Origin: Coniocarpon cinnabarinum
Taxonomy: Eukaryota
Direction of reading: 5' to 3'
Length of the DNA: 45,335 nucleotides
Assembly (NCBI GenBank): GCA_051942205.1
Contig: JAVECO010000072.1
Location: forward strand, 62,001 to 107,335
Of the stretch, positions 23,273 through 33,950 are shown piece by piece. Both the position numbers and the translations under genes were made by a program. The notes below the pieces were generated by a model, which did not search any database, had not been told where the DNA came from, and saw nothing but the letters and a program-made list of their open reading frames with translations. Numbering within the stretch: the stretch's first letter is position 1; each line of letters begins with the position of its first letter.

Positions 23273-24080
23273 TGTACCGCTGTGCAAGATGCACGCTGTC
23301 GTTGCGAGCAAAGAAGTCCGCCAACATCAACACGTGACCCTTCACTCTGTTGTGCAGCAAAGGCCACTGGCGATTCTCACACCGGCTGGCATGACCCAGC
23401 ACACGGGTCCTAACGACCTATGGAGAAGTGAAAACTTCAGCGGGCACACGAACCAAATAGCGTCTTCGTCAGAGCTCACCACTGTTGATACCACCCTCAA
23501 GGCTTTTTCTGGTGCGGGATCCTGGCCTCTCAGACAACCAATGGCAAGGACAAGCTTTTGCCGAGAATCCACCAGACCACGGATATGCCGGCAAGATTGA
23601 TGCCGCCATCTCGCCACTTTACTACAACAAGCTTCGCCTTCCCTTGACGTTTCCCAACATAGGCTAGCCCCGTCAATGGTGAGATGATCTGACGAGGCGC
23701 GCGGCGCTGATCCTGCGACAAAACTGACTCGGCTGCTCGGTGGATCTGGAAGGGCGACCGCGAAAGCCATCGCTGCTGGGCGTCATGTTTCTCGCCGTCA
23801 TGCGCAGAACAGACTTGCCTCTTAACATTGCGACATCGCGTCTCGATTCGCTCCGTGATCGGCTGCGCCGGCTTCTTGCTGCAAACGTTGATCTGTTATA
23901 TCGTCAGCGGATTCAACGTCAACTCGCGAGCCAGATGCAAACGTCTGGGCTAACAGATGCTTATTCTGCGGAGTGATTTTGGGCCCTGAGCATCTGCAAC
24001 CCATATCGATTGCTGCAACATCGCGTCTCTTGGCGCTCAACTTCATAAAGGCCCAGGAGCATCACCACGCGTGTTCAATC

Positions 24081-25850
24081 ATGACTCCACGCGATGTAGA
24101 AAAGGACATCGAGAAGAACGACCATGCGCCTGGCGGCTTCGACGTTCCAAGCAACCACAAACATGGCGAGGATGCTGAGTCGCCCTCGTCTGATTCAAAG
24201 CTTGAAGATGTCGAGACACCAAGAGCATCATCAGACGGCGAGTCTATTGATGAGCATTACCATCCCAGCGAAGGCCCTGAGCGACCCCCACTTTCTCGTG
24301 AGCCCTCAAGGGCCTCATCCATAGTGCGCAGCACCTACAGCAACACCCTCACCTCCATACGCTCCCGGAATCCAGCTCAGAACCGTGCCTACACGCATCC
24401 ACTCACCCACCAAAAGACCGGTGCCGATGTTCTCGTCGAGTTTGAAGGGCCAGACGACCCTTATCGACCAATGAACTGGCCGATGCGCAAGAAGGTCATC
24501 ACTACTTTTCTCTATGGTATGACGACCGCCGGTGCCACTCTCGCGTCATCCATTTATTCAGCCGGTTTCGGTCAAATAGCGGAGCGCTTCCAGGTTGGTC
24601 GCGAGGTCTCCTCTTTGGGCATTTCGCTCTTCCTCCTGGGGTTCGGCACTGGACCGTTGATCTGGGCGCCTCTATCCGAAGTGTACGGAAGAAAGCCTGC
24701 GGTTCTGCTACCTTACTTTGTGGCTGCCGTCTTCTCCATTGCGAGCGGTGCTGCAAAGGACATCCAGACTGTCATGATCACGCGATTCTTCACCGGCTTC
24801 TTCGGTGCAGCACCTGTCACAAATACTGGCGGTGTGCTTGGGGATTTGTGGGCGCCTAACCAACGCGCCGCTGCTCTTGTCGGTTATGCGTACGCTGTGG
24901 CTGGCGGCCCTCTTCTTGGTCCTATTATTGGTGGAGCAATCTGCATGAGCGATCCCTCCGGATGGCGATGGCTGGGATACCTCCCTGGTATCTACATGTT
25001 GCTCATTCTCATCTGTGATGTCATCTTCCTTGACGAATCATATGGCCCAGTCTTGTTGGTGTACAAAGCTCGTCGCTTGCGCATATCCTCCGGCAATTGG
25101 GCTCTGCACTCAAAGCATGAAGAATGGGATATCAGTATCGCTGACCTGGTCAAGAAATACCTCATTCGCCCGTTTCAGATGCTGCTGACGCCAATCTGTT
25201 TTCTGATTGCGCTCTATGCCTCGTTCTGTTATGGCATCTTGTATGCGAACCTGGGTGCTTTTCCGACTATCTTCGAGGAGAAGCGAGGCTGGAATCAAGT
25301 GGTTGGCGCGTTACCTTTCCTGGCGCTACTTGTGGGCGTCCTTGCGGCGGGGATCATCAACCTCTTCAATCAAAGATATTATGTTCGACGCCTCAACGCC
25401 AATAACGGTCGACCAGTCCCAGAAGCTCGGCTGCCACCAATGATGGTTGGGTCTGTGGTGTTCGCTGGAGGTCTCTTTCTCTTCGCCTGGACTGCCGGTC
25501 CAGGTGTATACTGGTTCCCAAGCCAAGTCGGATGCTTCATGATTGGCGTGGGATTCTTCACGATCTTTCAGGCTGCCTTGAACTACCTGGTGGACACATT
25601 TCAAAGATACGGCGCGAGTGCCATCGCTGCCAACACGTTCCTGCGAAGCATTTTCGCTGCGGCGTTTCCATTGTTCATCACACAAGAGATCAACGCTCTT
25701 GGCGTGGGGTGGGGTATTACTGTGTTTGCATTCTTTGCCGCAGCATTGATACCGATACCGTACTTATTCTTTGTCTTTGGTAAGAGGATTCGAGCAAGAG
25801 GAGTGTGGAGCAGAGAAAGTGTCTACGGACCCGAAGGTAAACAAGGTTAA
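24081..25850 (+). CDS. MFS drug:H+ antiporter (DHA1; polyamine/multidrug transporter-like), single exon, ~589 aa
   Basis: ATG 24081. FEGPDDPYRPMNW, GPLIWAPLSEVYGRK, RFFTGFFG, GPLLGPIIGG, PEARLPPMM, SAIAANTFLRS, and about 12 hydrophobic segments. Confidence 0.95.
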   Translation: MTPRDVEKDIEKNDHAPGGFDVPSNHKHGEDAESPSSDSKLEDVETPRASSDGESIDEHYHPSEGPERPPLSREPSRASSIVRSTYSNTLTSIRSRNPAQNRAYTHPLTHQKTGADVLVEFEGPDDPYRPMNWPMRKKVITTFLYGMTTAGATLASSIYSAGFGQIAERFQVGREVSSLGISLFLLGFGTGPLIWAPLSEVYGRKPAVLLPYFVAAVFSIASGAAKDIQTVMITRFFTGFFGAAPVTNTGGVLGDLWAPNQRAAALVGYAYAVAGGPLLGPIIGGAICMSDPSGWRWLGYLPGIYMLLILICDVIFLDESYGPVLLVYKARRLRISSGNWALHSKHEEWDISIADLVKKYLIRPFQMLLTPICFLIALYASFCYGILYANLGAFPTIFEEKRGWNQVVGALPFLALLVGVLAAGIINLFNQRYYVRRLNANNGRPVPEARLPPMMVGSVVFAGGLFLFAWTAGPGVYWFPSQVGCFMIGVGFFTIFQAALNYLVDTFQRYGASAIAANTFLRSIFAAAFPLFITQEINALGVGWGITVFAFFAAALIPIPYLFFVFGKRIRARGVWSRESVYGPEGKQG

Positions 25851-26140
25851 CGCAGGGGAGGAACGGACCAAAAGCATTTGCATTTATCAAGCATATATAT
25901 ACCCCAAGTCAGAGCAATCACTCAATAGCGAGATTTAATGCTGCGATACAGAGCAGTGCATCATATCCTCTCACCCCAGAGTTATACTAGAGTTATGCGG
26001 CGACTTAATAGACTCCCCCGCCTTTAGGGTCTTCGCTGCCCTTACTACTCTGCCCTTGAGTCATTTGTTGAATTTATTCTTGAGAAAACATATCCCACTG
26101 CTATCATTCTATACACTCAGTACTCGTTCTTTACAGCATC

Positions 26141-27276
26141 ATGTCGCTCACTAATTGCCGCTTCTACGAAGACAAATATCCAGATGTCGACAGCTTCGTC
26201 ATGGTCAACGTCCGGCAGGTATGGCTGCCTCTCTTACTCAGCGACTTGCATGCGATTGAACTGACCTCGCGGTGGTCTAGATTGCCGAGATGGGGGCCTA
26301 TGTCAAGCTTCTCGAATACGACGACATCGATGGCATGATTCTCCTTTCAGAGCTGTCCCGAAGACGTATTAGAAGCATACAAAAGCTGATCAGAGTCGGT
26401 CGGAATGAAGTCGTGGTGGTGCTGCGTGTGGATAAAGACAAGGGTATGCTGAGATCACAAACGCTGGAGCGGTGTGAACTCCATGTACCGCGCTTTTCAT
26501 GCCGAGTCAAGCTCTGACACCATGGCTACGCAGGTTACATCGACTTGAGCAAACGCCGCGTATCACCCGAGGACATCCTCAAATGCGAAGAACGTTACAA
26601 CAAATCCAAAATGGCCCATTCGATCCTCCGACACGTCGCTGAGAAGACACAAATACCCATCCTCCAACTCTACGAGTCCATCGGCTGGCCCCTCAACCGC
26701 AAGTACGGCCACTCCATCGACGCCTTCAAGCTGTCCATCACCAACCCAGACGTTTGGAAGGAGGTCAAATTTCCAGACGAGGTGGTCAGGAAGGAGATTG
26801 TGGACTACATCAGTAAACGTCTGACGCCGCAACCGACCAAAGTCCGCGCAGACGTTGAGGTGACGTGTTTCTCTTACGAAGGCATCGATGCAATCAAAGA
26901 AGCGTTGCGAGCGGGCGAGGCCGCGGGCATAAAACCGCAAGCCGTCGAGAAAGCCCCAAATGGCGAGGAGCTCCCCATGGACCCCAATTCGGCGCCCGTC
27001 AAGGTCAAGCTGGTCAGTCCGCCGCTGTACGTCCTGACGAGTCAATGCCTAGACAAGCAGATTGGGCTGGACACGCTGAGAGCGGCGATCGGAGCGATCG
27101 AAGCGAAGATTAGGAAATCCGGGGGTGATTGCGTAGTCAGAATGCAGCCTAAGGCCGTGACGGAGAGCGATGATGCGGAGCTGGCGGCGTTGATGGAGAA
27201 GAGGGAACGAGAAAACCAGGAGGTGAGTGGGGATGAGGACGAGGAGGGGAGTGCAAGCGGGGATGAGATCGAATGA
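26141..27276 (+). CDS. SUI2: Translation initiation factor eIF2 alpha subunit, 3 exons, ~327 aa
   Basis: [25 protein letters not shown] (Ser51 phosphosite context), [26 protein letters not shown], acidic tail. Introns 26219-26280 and 26444-26533 keep frame. Confidence 0.97.
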
Positions 27277-28299
27277 TTGAATTAAAAGTTTTATGAGCAA
27301 TGCATTGCCCAGCAAGGTATGTGTCTCGCTTTGGACGCGGTTCTCGTGCGCTGATGCGTCCCTGTTTCTTCCCTATGTTTGCGCCAACCTGAACTTTCTT
27401 TTGACCTTTTGATCGAGGTCATATCCAGAAAGACAGCAAAAGAAAGTCGGTGGTCTATAATTCGTCGCCTGGAATAGTACTGCGGCCTCATCCCACTCTT
27501 GGCGATTGAGCATCGTGCATGTCATCAAACCCAGACCCATCTAATCTCTCGACTTCACTACGTGATTCATATGTCAGCGAGGAATATTGAAAGTCACGTC
27601 CAATGACGCGCATAACAGAACTAGGACATCTCGCAAAATGAATCACCATGTTAGCACCCAAGACTGAGCACACTCACATTCGCACAGTTTCAGCCTGCAA
27701 TCCCCGACAAGCTTGCATCGCATCTTCATGAACAAAAGACGGCCTTAGCACTACTTGGTCTATTCTAAGTAGAATGCAAATTTCATCAGACATACTGCGT
27801 AATCAAACTCGCCGAAAAATAAACATGTTTAGGCCGCGTCTTTCGCCGACATGAGACGTCATTAAATTGATTGAATGCAACGTATTGATTGAGCAGACTG
27901 TTCCTAATGACTGCTAGCATGGGTATTATAGGCCTATTAAGAGCGCCCAGGCTGTAGCAATACCGATGGGTGATATGCTGGTGCTAGTAAGCTGTCGTAT
28001 TCACCAGCTTTCTGGAGTTTGTCTTCTGGCATACTGACGTTCTTCCTGTTTATGGGTGATTGTAGTTCGATTGTGTTTCCATACCCATCGATATTCGTCC
28101 CCTTGGATGCATTTCTCCAGATGCTTTTCCTATGATACATCAGAAATGGACCTGTGGAAAGCGTGGTCAGCCTTCCGAGTTACGAAGACGTCGCCAAAGA
28201 TATCAAGTACCTAGGCGACACAAAAAGGGAGATCAATCATCTTTCGTGCCGTCAAGTGACAAAGATCTGTAGCATTACCTATGCATGCTGTACAACCGT

Positions 28300-30590
28300 C
28301 TACAATTTCGCCTTAGCATCTCCTTCATACACCTCGACACCAGCCTCCTTCAAGCAAGCAGCCAACGGCACTTCCATCTCGCCCTTCCTCATCGCACCAT
28401 AGATCCTCGTCATGAACATCCCAATCGTCGGCACCTCCCCGATCTTCGGGTCCTTGCTCCTCAGGACGTCATTTCGCAGGAGCGGAACGCGAAGCTCTTT
28501 GCGAACGTAATTGTACATGATGCGGGAAGCCTGGCCGAGATAGGGCATCGCATCGCCATTCGCAATGTACGCGTCCCGCGCCTCGGTGAAAGCAGTGAGA
28601 AGCGAGGCAGCGACTTTGTCGGTCCAGTTCGAGGGCAGCCCGCCGAACGACAACGGCGTCGAGGACGAGTTGGACACCACATGTTCCAATAATGTCGCCA
28701 TCAGTGATCGAGCAATGTGCTTGAAGCGATCGGAGCTGTCCATCGAAGTCGTGGACTCGAAAGCCTTGCGTATGTCGATCATAAGACATTCTGCCATGGC
28801 TTGAGGGTCCTGGTCAAAAGTCTGCTGCCAGAGGTGAGACTCCTGACCATGCTCACTGCCAGATACTCGGACCCAATCCATGAGATGCTGAATGATACGC
28901 TCATGATTGTACTGGATCAGCGCTTCGAAGAATTGGAGTTCAATAACGCGCAGGTCGATTGCCTGGCACACAGCCAAAAGATGCGCTGCCAGAAGCTTCG
29001 AAGCAACGTCTACGGCCGTCATTGTGTACCGCGCAGAGATGAGAGCGAGAGAATTGAGCGCCTGATTGCCCATCTCGGCAGTCTGGACGTGACTACCCAC
29101 CGGATTTGCCAGAAAGCCGAGCTCAGACAAATACGCCGCGGCCATAATATCTGTGGACTTGAGAAGGTACGTTTCACTGGGCTCATCAACAACTAGATTC
29201 GGTGGAAGACCAACATTGAATGCTGGATTGATCATCTCTGTGAGCTGGCAGAAGGACATACGGCCCAGCGATTGGAGCGCTTGACGAGTCTTTTCCATAG
29301 CTGAGGTGACTGCTTTGGCTTGGAAATTGCCACCAGAGAGATATCGCGCTTGACCTTCCTTAGAAGTGTCGATGAGAGGGTTATCAGTTACGGAATTACA
29401 CTCAATTATGAGCTGTTGATGGGCGAGGGTCAGATCCTCCAAGACAGGACCCACCCATTGAGGCGTAGTACGCAGCGAGTAACGATCTTGGACGAGAGCG
29501 CCAGGCTCTGGTCTTTGGCCCGTTTCCCTCTTGAGCCTTGATTGCTTGAGAAAATTCCGCATGAGGTTCGTCGACTCGACCTGGCCTGGATGTGGCCTAG
29601 AGGTAGCAAAGACAGGCTCGAAACTCTCCTCAGTACCTTTCAATGCTTCGACACTCATCGTAGTTAGTACTTGCGCAAGAGTGGCCAAGCCGTGGGTTTC
29701 GTAAAGGGCAAGGCATCCCACCGCACAGGACATGGCAGTTCCATTGACGAGACCAAGAGCTTCTTTGGCAGAAAACGAACGTGGCGTCCGACCGACACGA
29801 CTGAAAACCTGATCCGCGGTGACTACCTTTCGCTTGCCTTGCGCTGCATCCACCCAACACCTTGCGGTTGATTTACCCTCGACGGCTCCCGCAATGTAGG
29901 CCAATGGTTGCAGATCGCCTGAGGCTGAAATTGACCCGTGCAGAGGTACGAGCGGAATGGCATTGACTCTCAAGAGATCAAGCATCTGGTCAATGATGAC
30001 GCTGCGCACACCGGACTGACCATTGATGAGAGAGTTCAGACGAACAACCATGGCTGCTCTAACCCATGGTACCGGCATGGAGCCATCCTCAGTCGAGAGC
30101 CGTCGTGAAGGCTCCTGGGCTTCAGGGGATAGAAGGACGCCTGAATGAAGCTCGCGCACAACGCCATCCTGCAGCTCGTTGAACTTGCGCGTGCGAGTGT
30201 TGGCGCTTCCACCAAAGCCTGTAGTCACACCTAGGCAGTTATCAGCGGGTCCGCTTGGATGCCCCGGCGCGACTAAAGAGCATACCATAGACCACCTCGC
30301 CTTTCTGCAGATCATCCAACAGCCGCGAATGAATCTCGTCAAGTTGCACAAACTTTTGACGGTCTACCCCTATACTCAGAGCGTTTCTGTGTTCCCTCGG
30401 ACGTTAGCTGCGCGTGTCCCTCTGTACAAATACTATAGAGGGGCGCTTACCTTGCAGCAGCAGCCACTTCACCTATCCCCAAGGTTCGGCCATCGATTGT
30501 GAGTTGTCTCTTGGTTCGTTGACTGGACCTATGAGACGCGCTCCAGCATTGCAGTACGAGCGCACTGTACGGTGTGCTCAAAGATTCCAT
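28300..30590 (-). CDS. MIO-dependent aromatic amino acid ammonia-lyase (PAL family), 3 exons, ~723 aa, with C-terminal PTS1-like AKL
   Basis: ATG 30590 (MESLSTP...TIDGRTLGIGEVAAAAR). Introns 30387-30450 and 30231-30285 restore the catalytic loop VVYGVTTGFGGSA. GSISASGDL (MIO), KEALGLVNGT, RPHPGQ, QDRYSLR, DNPL, GGNFQ, AEMGNQALNSL. Confidence 0.94.
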
Positions 30591-30839
30591 TTGGATGTCC
30601 AAGTTAAGCAAGGGAGAGGATCAATTCCAGCGAGTGATGCACGTATTATGTGTGTGCCGTTGAAGGAAATCGATTGGGAAAGATGGTCAAAGATTGAGGA
30701 ATGTAGCTTCCATGTTGAGTCAAAAGGCAATCAGGTACCATGCAGGTGCGGCTTCAACGAGCAGCATGCGGATGCAGGGCAGCTGAATATCTGCAAGATG
30801 GATCGCTCAGCAACCTGCACGGTGCCTGTGCGTCTGAGT

Positions 30840-30863
30840 ATGCATCAGGCAATGCATCAGGCA
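30840..30863. repeat. Perfect 12-bp tandem duplication (ATGCATCAGGCA x2) upstream of the ammonia-lyase gene
   Basis: Read directly from the sequence, about 250 bp upstream of ATG 30590. Confidence 0.8.
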
Positions 30864-31682
30864 ACAGGTACACTCGGAAGCGCTACTGACGCTGCTGCAC
30901 GGCAAAAGCAACAGCTCCGCAGAAGTATTTGTGTACCTGATAAGCGCAACGTCCCATCGAAGCTTTTCACACCAGCATGCTTCGTTTGCCAAGGGCCATC
31001 GGCCATCACAAGGGTCTAGTTTTGATCTTCATGGGTTCGAAGTGCCTCAGCCACGGACATTCTGAGCGCTGGAACAGGATGCTACCTGTAGCTTACGCGG
31101 CAATCCGCAACCCAGTCACAATGTCCTGCAATGGATTGCCACCCCGTTCGGTACTGCTCAGACCGAATGCATTACGGAAGAAAAAAGAAGCCTGGAGGGG
31201 CAAGTCTTGGAGCAGACGTCGCCATTCGTCAACGGGCATGTAACGTGTGGTCATGTGAAGCGCTGTCGACTCGCCAGCTGAGGAGGAGGAGGAGGCATCT
31301 GACATCATTTATCACAATTGCCTAGGCGTTTGCAGTGCATGACTGAGCGGTGATCAGAGTGCTTGGTAAGCAGTTGGACCTGGATGAAAGCTGCGACTGA
31401 AGTGGAACGCACTGTCTGTCGTTATATCACTGCAGAGCCGCGCCAAACATGAGTCATGACCGTTTTGCGCAAGGGTGGTCTCGTGACCCAAAGAGATGGC
31501 TCGACTCCACGATTGCATTTCTCTGCTGCAATTGAATTGAGATTGCGTCTATGTTCGAGTGAACGGATGCTACTTGCGTTCCCATGAGTGACAAGATCTT
31601 CAGTACATTCACCATGTCAACAGCATTTGACCGCTGATGTAGTTACCTTCATCTCCGCACTCCTGCAGTTGACGGTATAGTG

Positions 31683-32306
31683 TTATTGTAATAGGCTGAC
31701 TGTGTCCGTCGACGCCGAAGCCATCCCGAGCGCAGCAATTTCCCATAGTACCAGCCCTTCTGGGCCCTGCTTTCGCAACAGCTCTTCTGCACGGCTCTCC
31801 ACGCGCATCGTCCTACCTTGTACATGCGAACTGAGTCCTAGCATACGTGCTGCACTCTTGCGTGTGCGAGCTCGGTGCAGCAACCGATCGATATTATATC
31901 GCTCGTTACGTACACGTATCAGCATCATAGGAGGCGCGACGTAGCGTCGCTGTTGTCCGTATTGCCTGCCGGAGCTGTGAATTTCGTGATGTGGGAAGAG
32001 CGCGCCGCGAGACTGATCGGGCATATCAACGCGAGGTGATATCTGCCGTCCGGAGGGATGCGCTGTGGGGCCGGAAGAGGTCGGGGATAGATTTTCAATG
32101 AACTTGGACGTCACGCCTGTGCTGGGACGCGCTTCGTTCACCGCAACTGTGACATTTCCAATTCCAAAGTCCTTATCCTGCGCTGCCAGGCCATATGCGT
32201 GATCGCTGCTGTAACTCTTCTTGTGCATTAGCCTTTTAGTTGCTGGGTTTACTGAAGACGAAATGGGTGTTGCTGAGAGCTTACGGTATTGCTTACGAAG
32301 CGGCAT
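31683..32306 (-). CDS. Hypothetical protein (~207 aa), no recognisable family
   Basis: Longest ORF between the lyase and MET8 (open 31683-32339, first ATG 32306). Disordered Ser/Pro-rich N-half and a basic, helical-looking C-half. Confidence 0.45.
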   Translation of the reverse strand: MPLRKQYRKLSATPISSSVNPATKRLMHKKSYSSDHAYGLAAQDKDFGIGNVTVAVNEARPSTGVTSKFIENLSPTSSGPTAHPSGRQISPRVDMPDQSRGALFPHHEIHSSGRQYGQQRRYVAPPMMLIRVRNERYNIDRLLHRARTRKSAARMLGLSSHVQGRTMRVESRAEELLRKQGPEGLVLWEIAALGMASASTDTVSLLQ

Positions 32307-32676
32307 TCTGATAGACGATTTGTTTGTGCTTCGTGTCAAATTGTGTCGCTAAGTGCTTCCTAGCCAATGGAAATAGATGCAGAGTATGCATGGATGACCT
32401 GAGAGGCAAGGTCTGACATTTAGCTTGACCTTCAATGATTTTTGCACTGTGGATGCAGTGAGAAGGGCTTCAGGAGCGTGACCACAATGAGTGCAAGCTA
32501 TGCGAACAACGTTGAGTTCCCAGTAGCTTTTGTGACGCACAGTGCGGCCAGCAATGATCAGTGGATCCTTCATGCGACAAGGTGTGCCAGACATCTAGTC
32601 GAAACGTGAAAAACGCCGTCATGTAGTTTTTGGCTTCTTTGAGGGAGGTACTTGTCGCCATGGGTACACGGCAAAG

Positions 32677-33610
32677 CTACAGCGGGCTATTGGTGCCGCC
32701 TTTGACGTCTTCCTTTCTCGGAACGAGATCTTTCACGAACCATGCGTCTACCATCATTTGCATCTCGACATCGGTCATTTCTTCCAGGTCTTCGAGACTC
32801 CAGCTCTCGCTAACGGCACTCATCCACTTCATGCGACGATCGACGGCAATCTGATCGGTGCCTGATTCAGCCTTGCGAACAAACTTGCGTAGCTGACCGA
32901 CCTTGTTGATTGCGTCGCCAGCATTCGGCGGAAGACTGGCGGCAATACGTTGTCGGATCAAGCTGGCAAGCTTGGGTCCGTTGCCGTTGGTAGAGACCAT
33001 GATCTGCAAAGGTCCGTCGCGGTGGATGGAGCCGAAGTAGAAGTCACATAGGGGTGGGACGTCTGCAATGTTTGCAGATATACGTAACGCATTGCAGTAG
33101 TAGTATATTTGTCTGCTGGCGATTGGGTCATCAATCGCCACAAGCACCATCACTGGAGGACTGGGAGGAGGAGCGCTTGCAGGTCTTGTTGCTGGTTTAT
33201 TGGCAATATCCAGATCTTGCATGGCAGCAGCAGGTGTCTGCGAGTAAGCTGAGGGGATCGTCGTGCGTGAGGTCGAGCAGTCTGGATCAAGGTCAATTGG
33301 AAGAAATGTTCGGTCCACATGGGCGATTTCTCGATTCTTGAGCCGATACCGCACTTCGGGGCACAGTCCGGAAGCGGGACAGATACATGTCACAAAGGCG
33401 TCAGCATTGAGGAGGTTCACAATTCGTCCGGCTGCCACCTGCAAAAGCACTTGGTTAGGTCAGTGTTCGGCCTGGTAAGCATGAAAGGACGATACGTACA
33501 TCACCGCCGCCTACCACGAGCACCCTTTGGTTGCGCACTTGCCATGCCAGCAGCAACGAGCCACCTGGCTGTATCTGAGGATACGATACGTCGTCTTCTT
33601 GTTGAGCCAT
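32677..33610 (-). CDS. MET8: Siroheme biosynthesis precorrin-2 dehydrogenase/sirohydrochlorin ferrochelatase, 2 exons, ~290 aa
   Basis: GGSLLLAWQVRNQRVLVVGGGD/VAAGR (intron 33439-33499), ANIADVPPLCDFYFGS, GPLQIMVSTNGNGPKLA, RRMKWMS..SESWSLE. Confidence 0.94.
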
Positions 33611-33950
33611 TGGCAGAGGACAATGCTGAAACGAGACCTTGCGACAGGATGAATTCACCACGACGTGCCACGTCAGAAGAGTTGAACAATGCGTCACTCG
33701 GCCGACATATCTCCGACGTCCGGCTGCCCCCTTGATTGCCACGACTGTGTCCATCAGCTTCATACGTCGCGTCTTCAATGTGTATAGAAGCTTTCAATGT
33801 TACGTTTTTACACAGTATGTTCATGTCCGATTTGAACTCAGAATAAGCATGATCTAGAGGAGTAAGGGCGGCTAGCGTGACCTCGCCTTTCCAACCGTGT
33901 GAACCTTACGGTGCTGTTCACCTTGGATTAGCCTCAACACGAACACAAGG

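Noticed and set aside
30231..30351. ORF-track N-terminus of the lyase (MCNLTRFIRG...) apparently lacking the catalytic Tyr
   Set aside because: This is an artefact of reading through intron 30231-30285. The spliced model restores VVYGVTTGFGG.
30414..31019. 201-aa plus-strand ORF overlapping the lyase first exon and promoter
   Set aside because: It has a non-ATG start, lies antisense to a real exon, has a Cys/Arg-rich random-like composition and shows no family motif.
32677..32690. Met8 C-terminal SPL as a possible PTS1
   Set aside because: The tripeptide is non-canonical and nothing else supports peroxisomal siroheme synthesis.
33866..33921. Two small hairpins just downstream of the PABA gene stop (AAGGGCG..CGCCTT, GTGAAC..GTTCAC)
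   Set aside because: The stems are only about 6 bp and show no SECIS, snoRNA or tRNA hallmarks, so they are compatible with chance.
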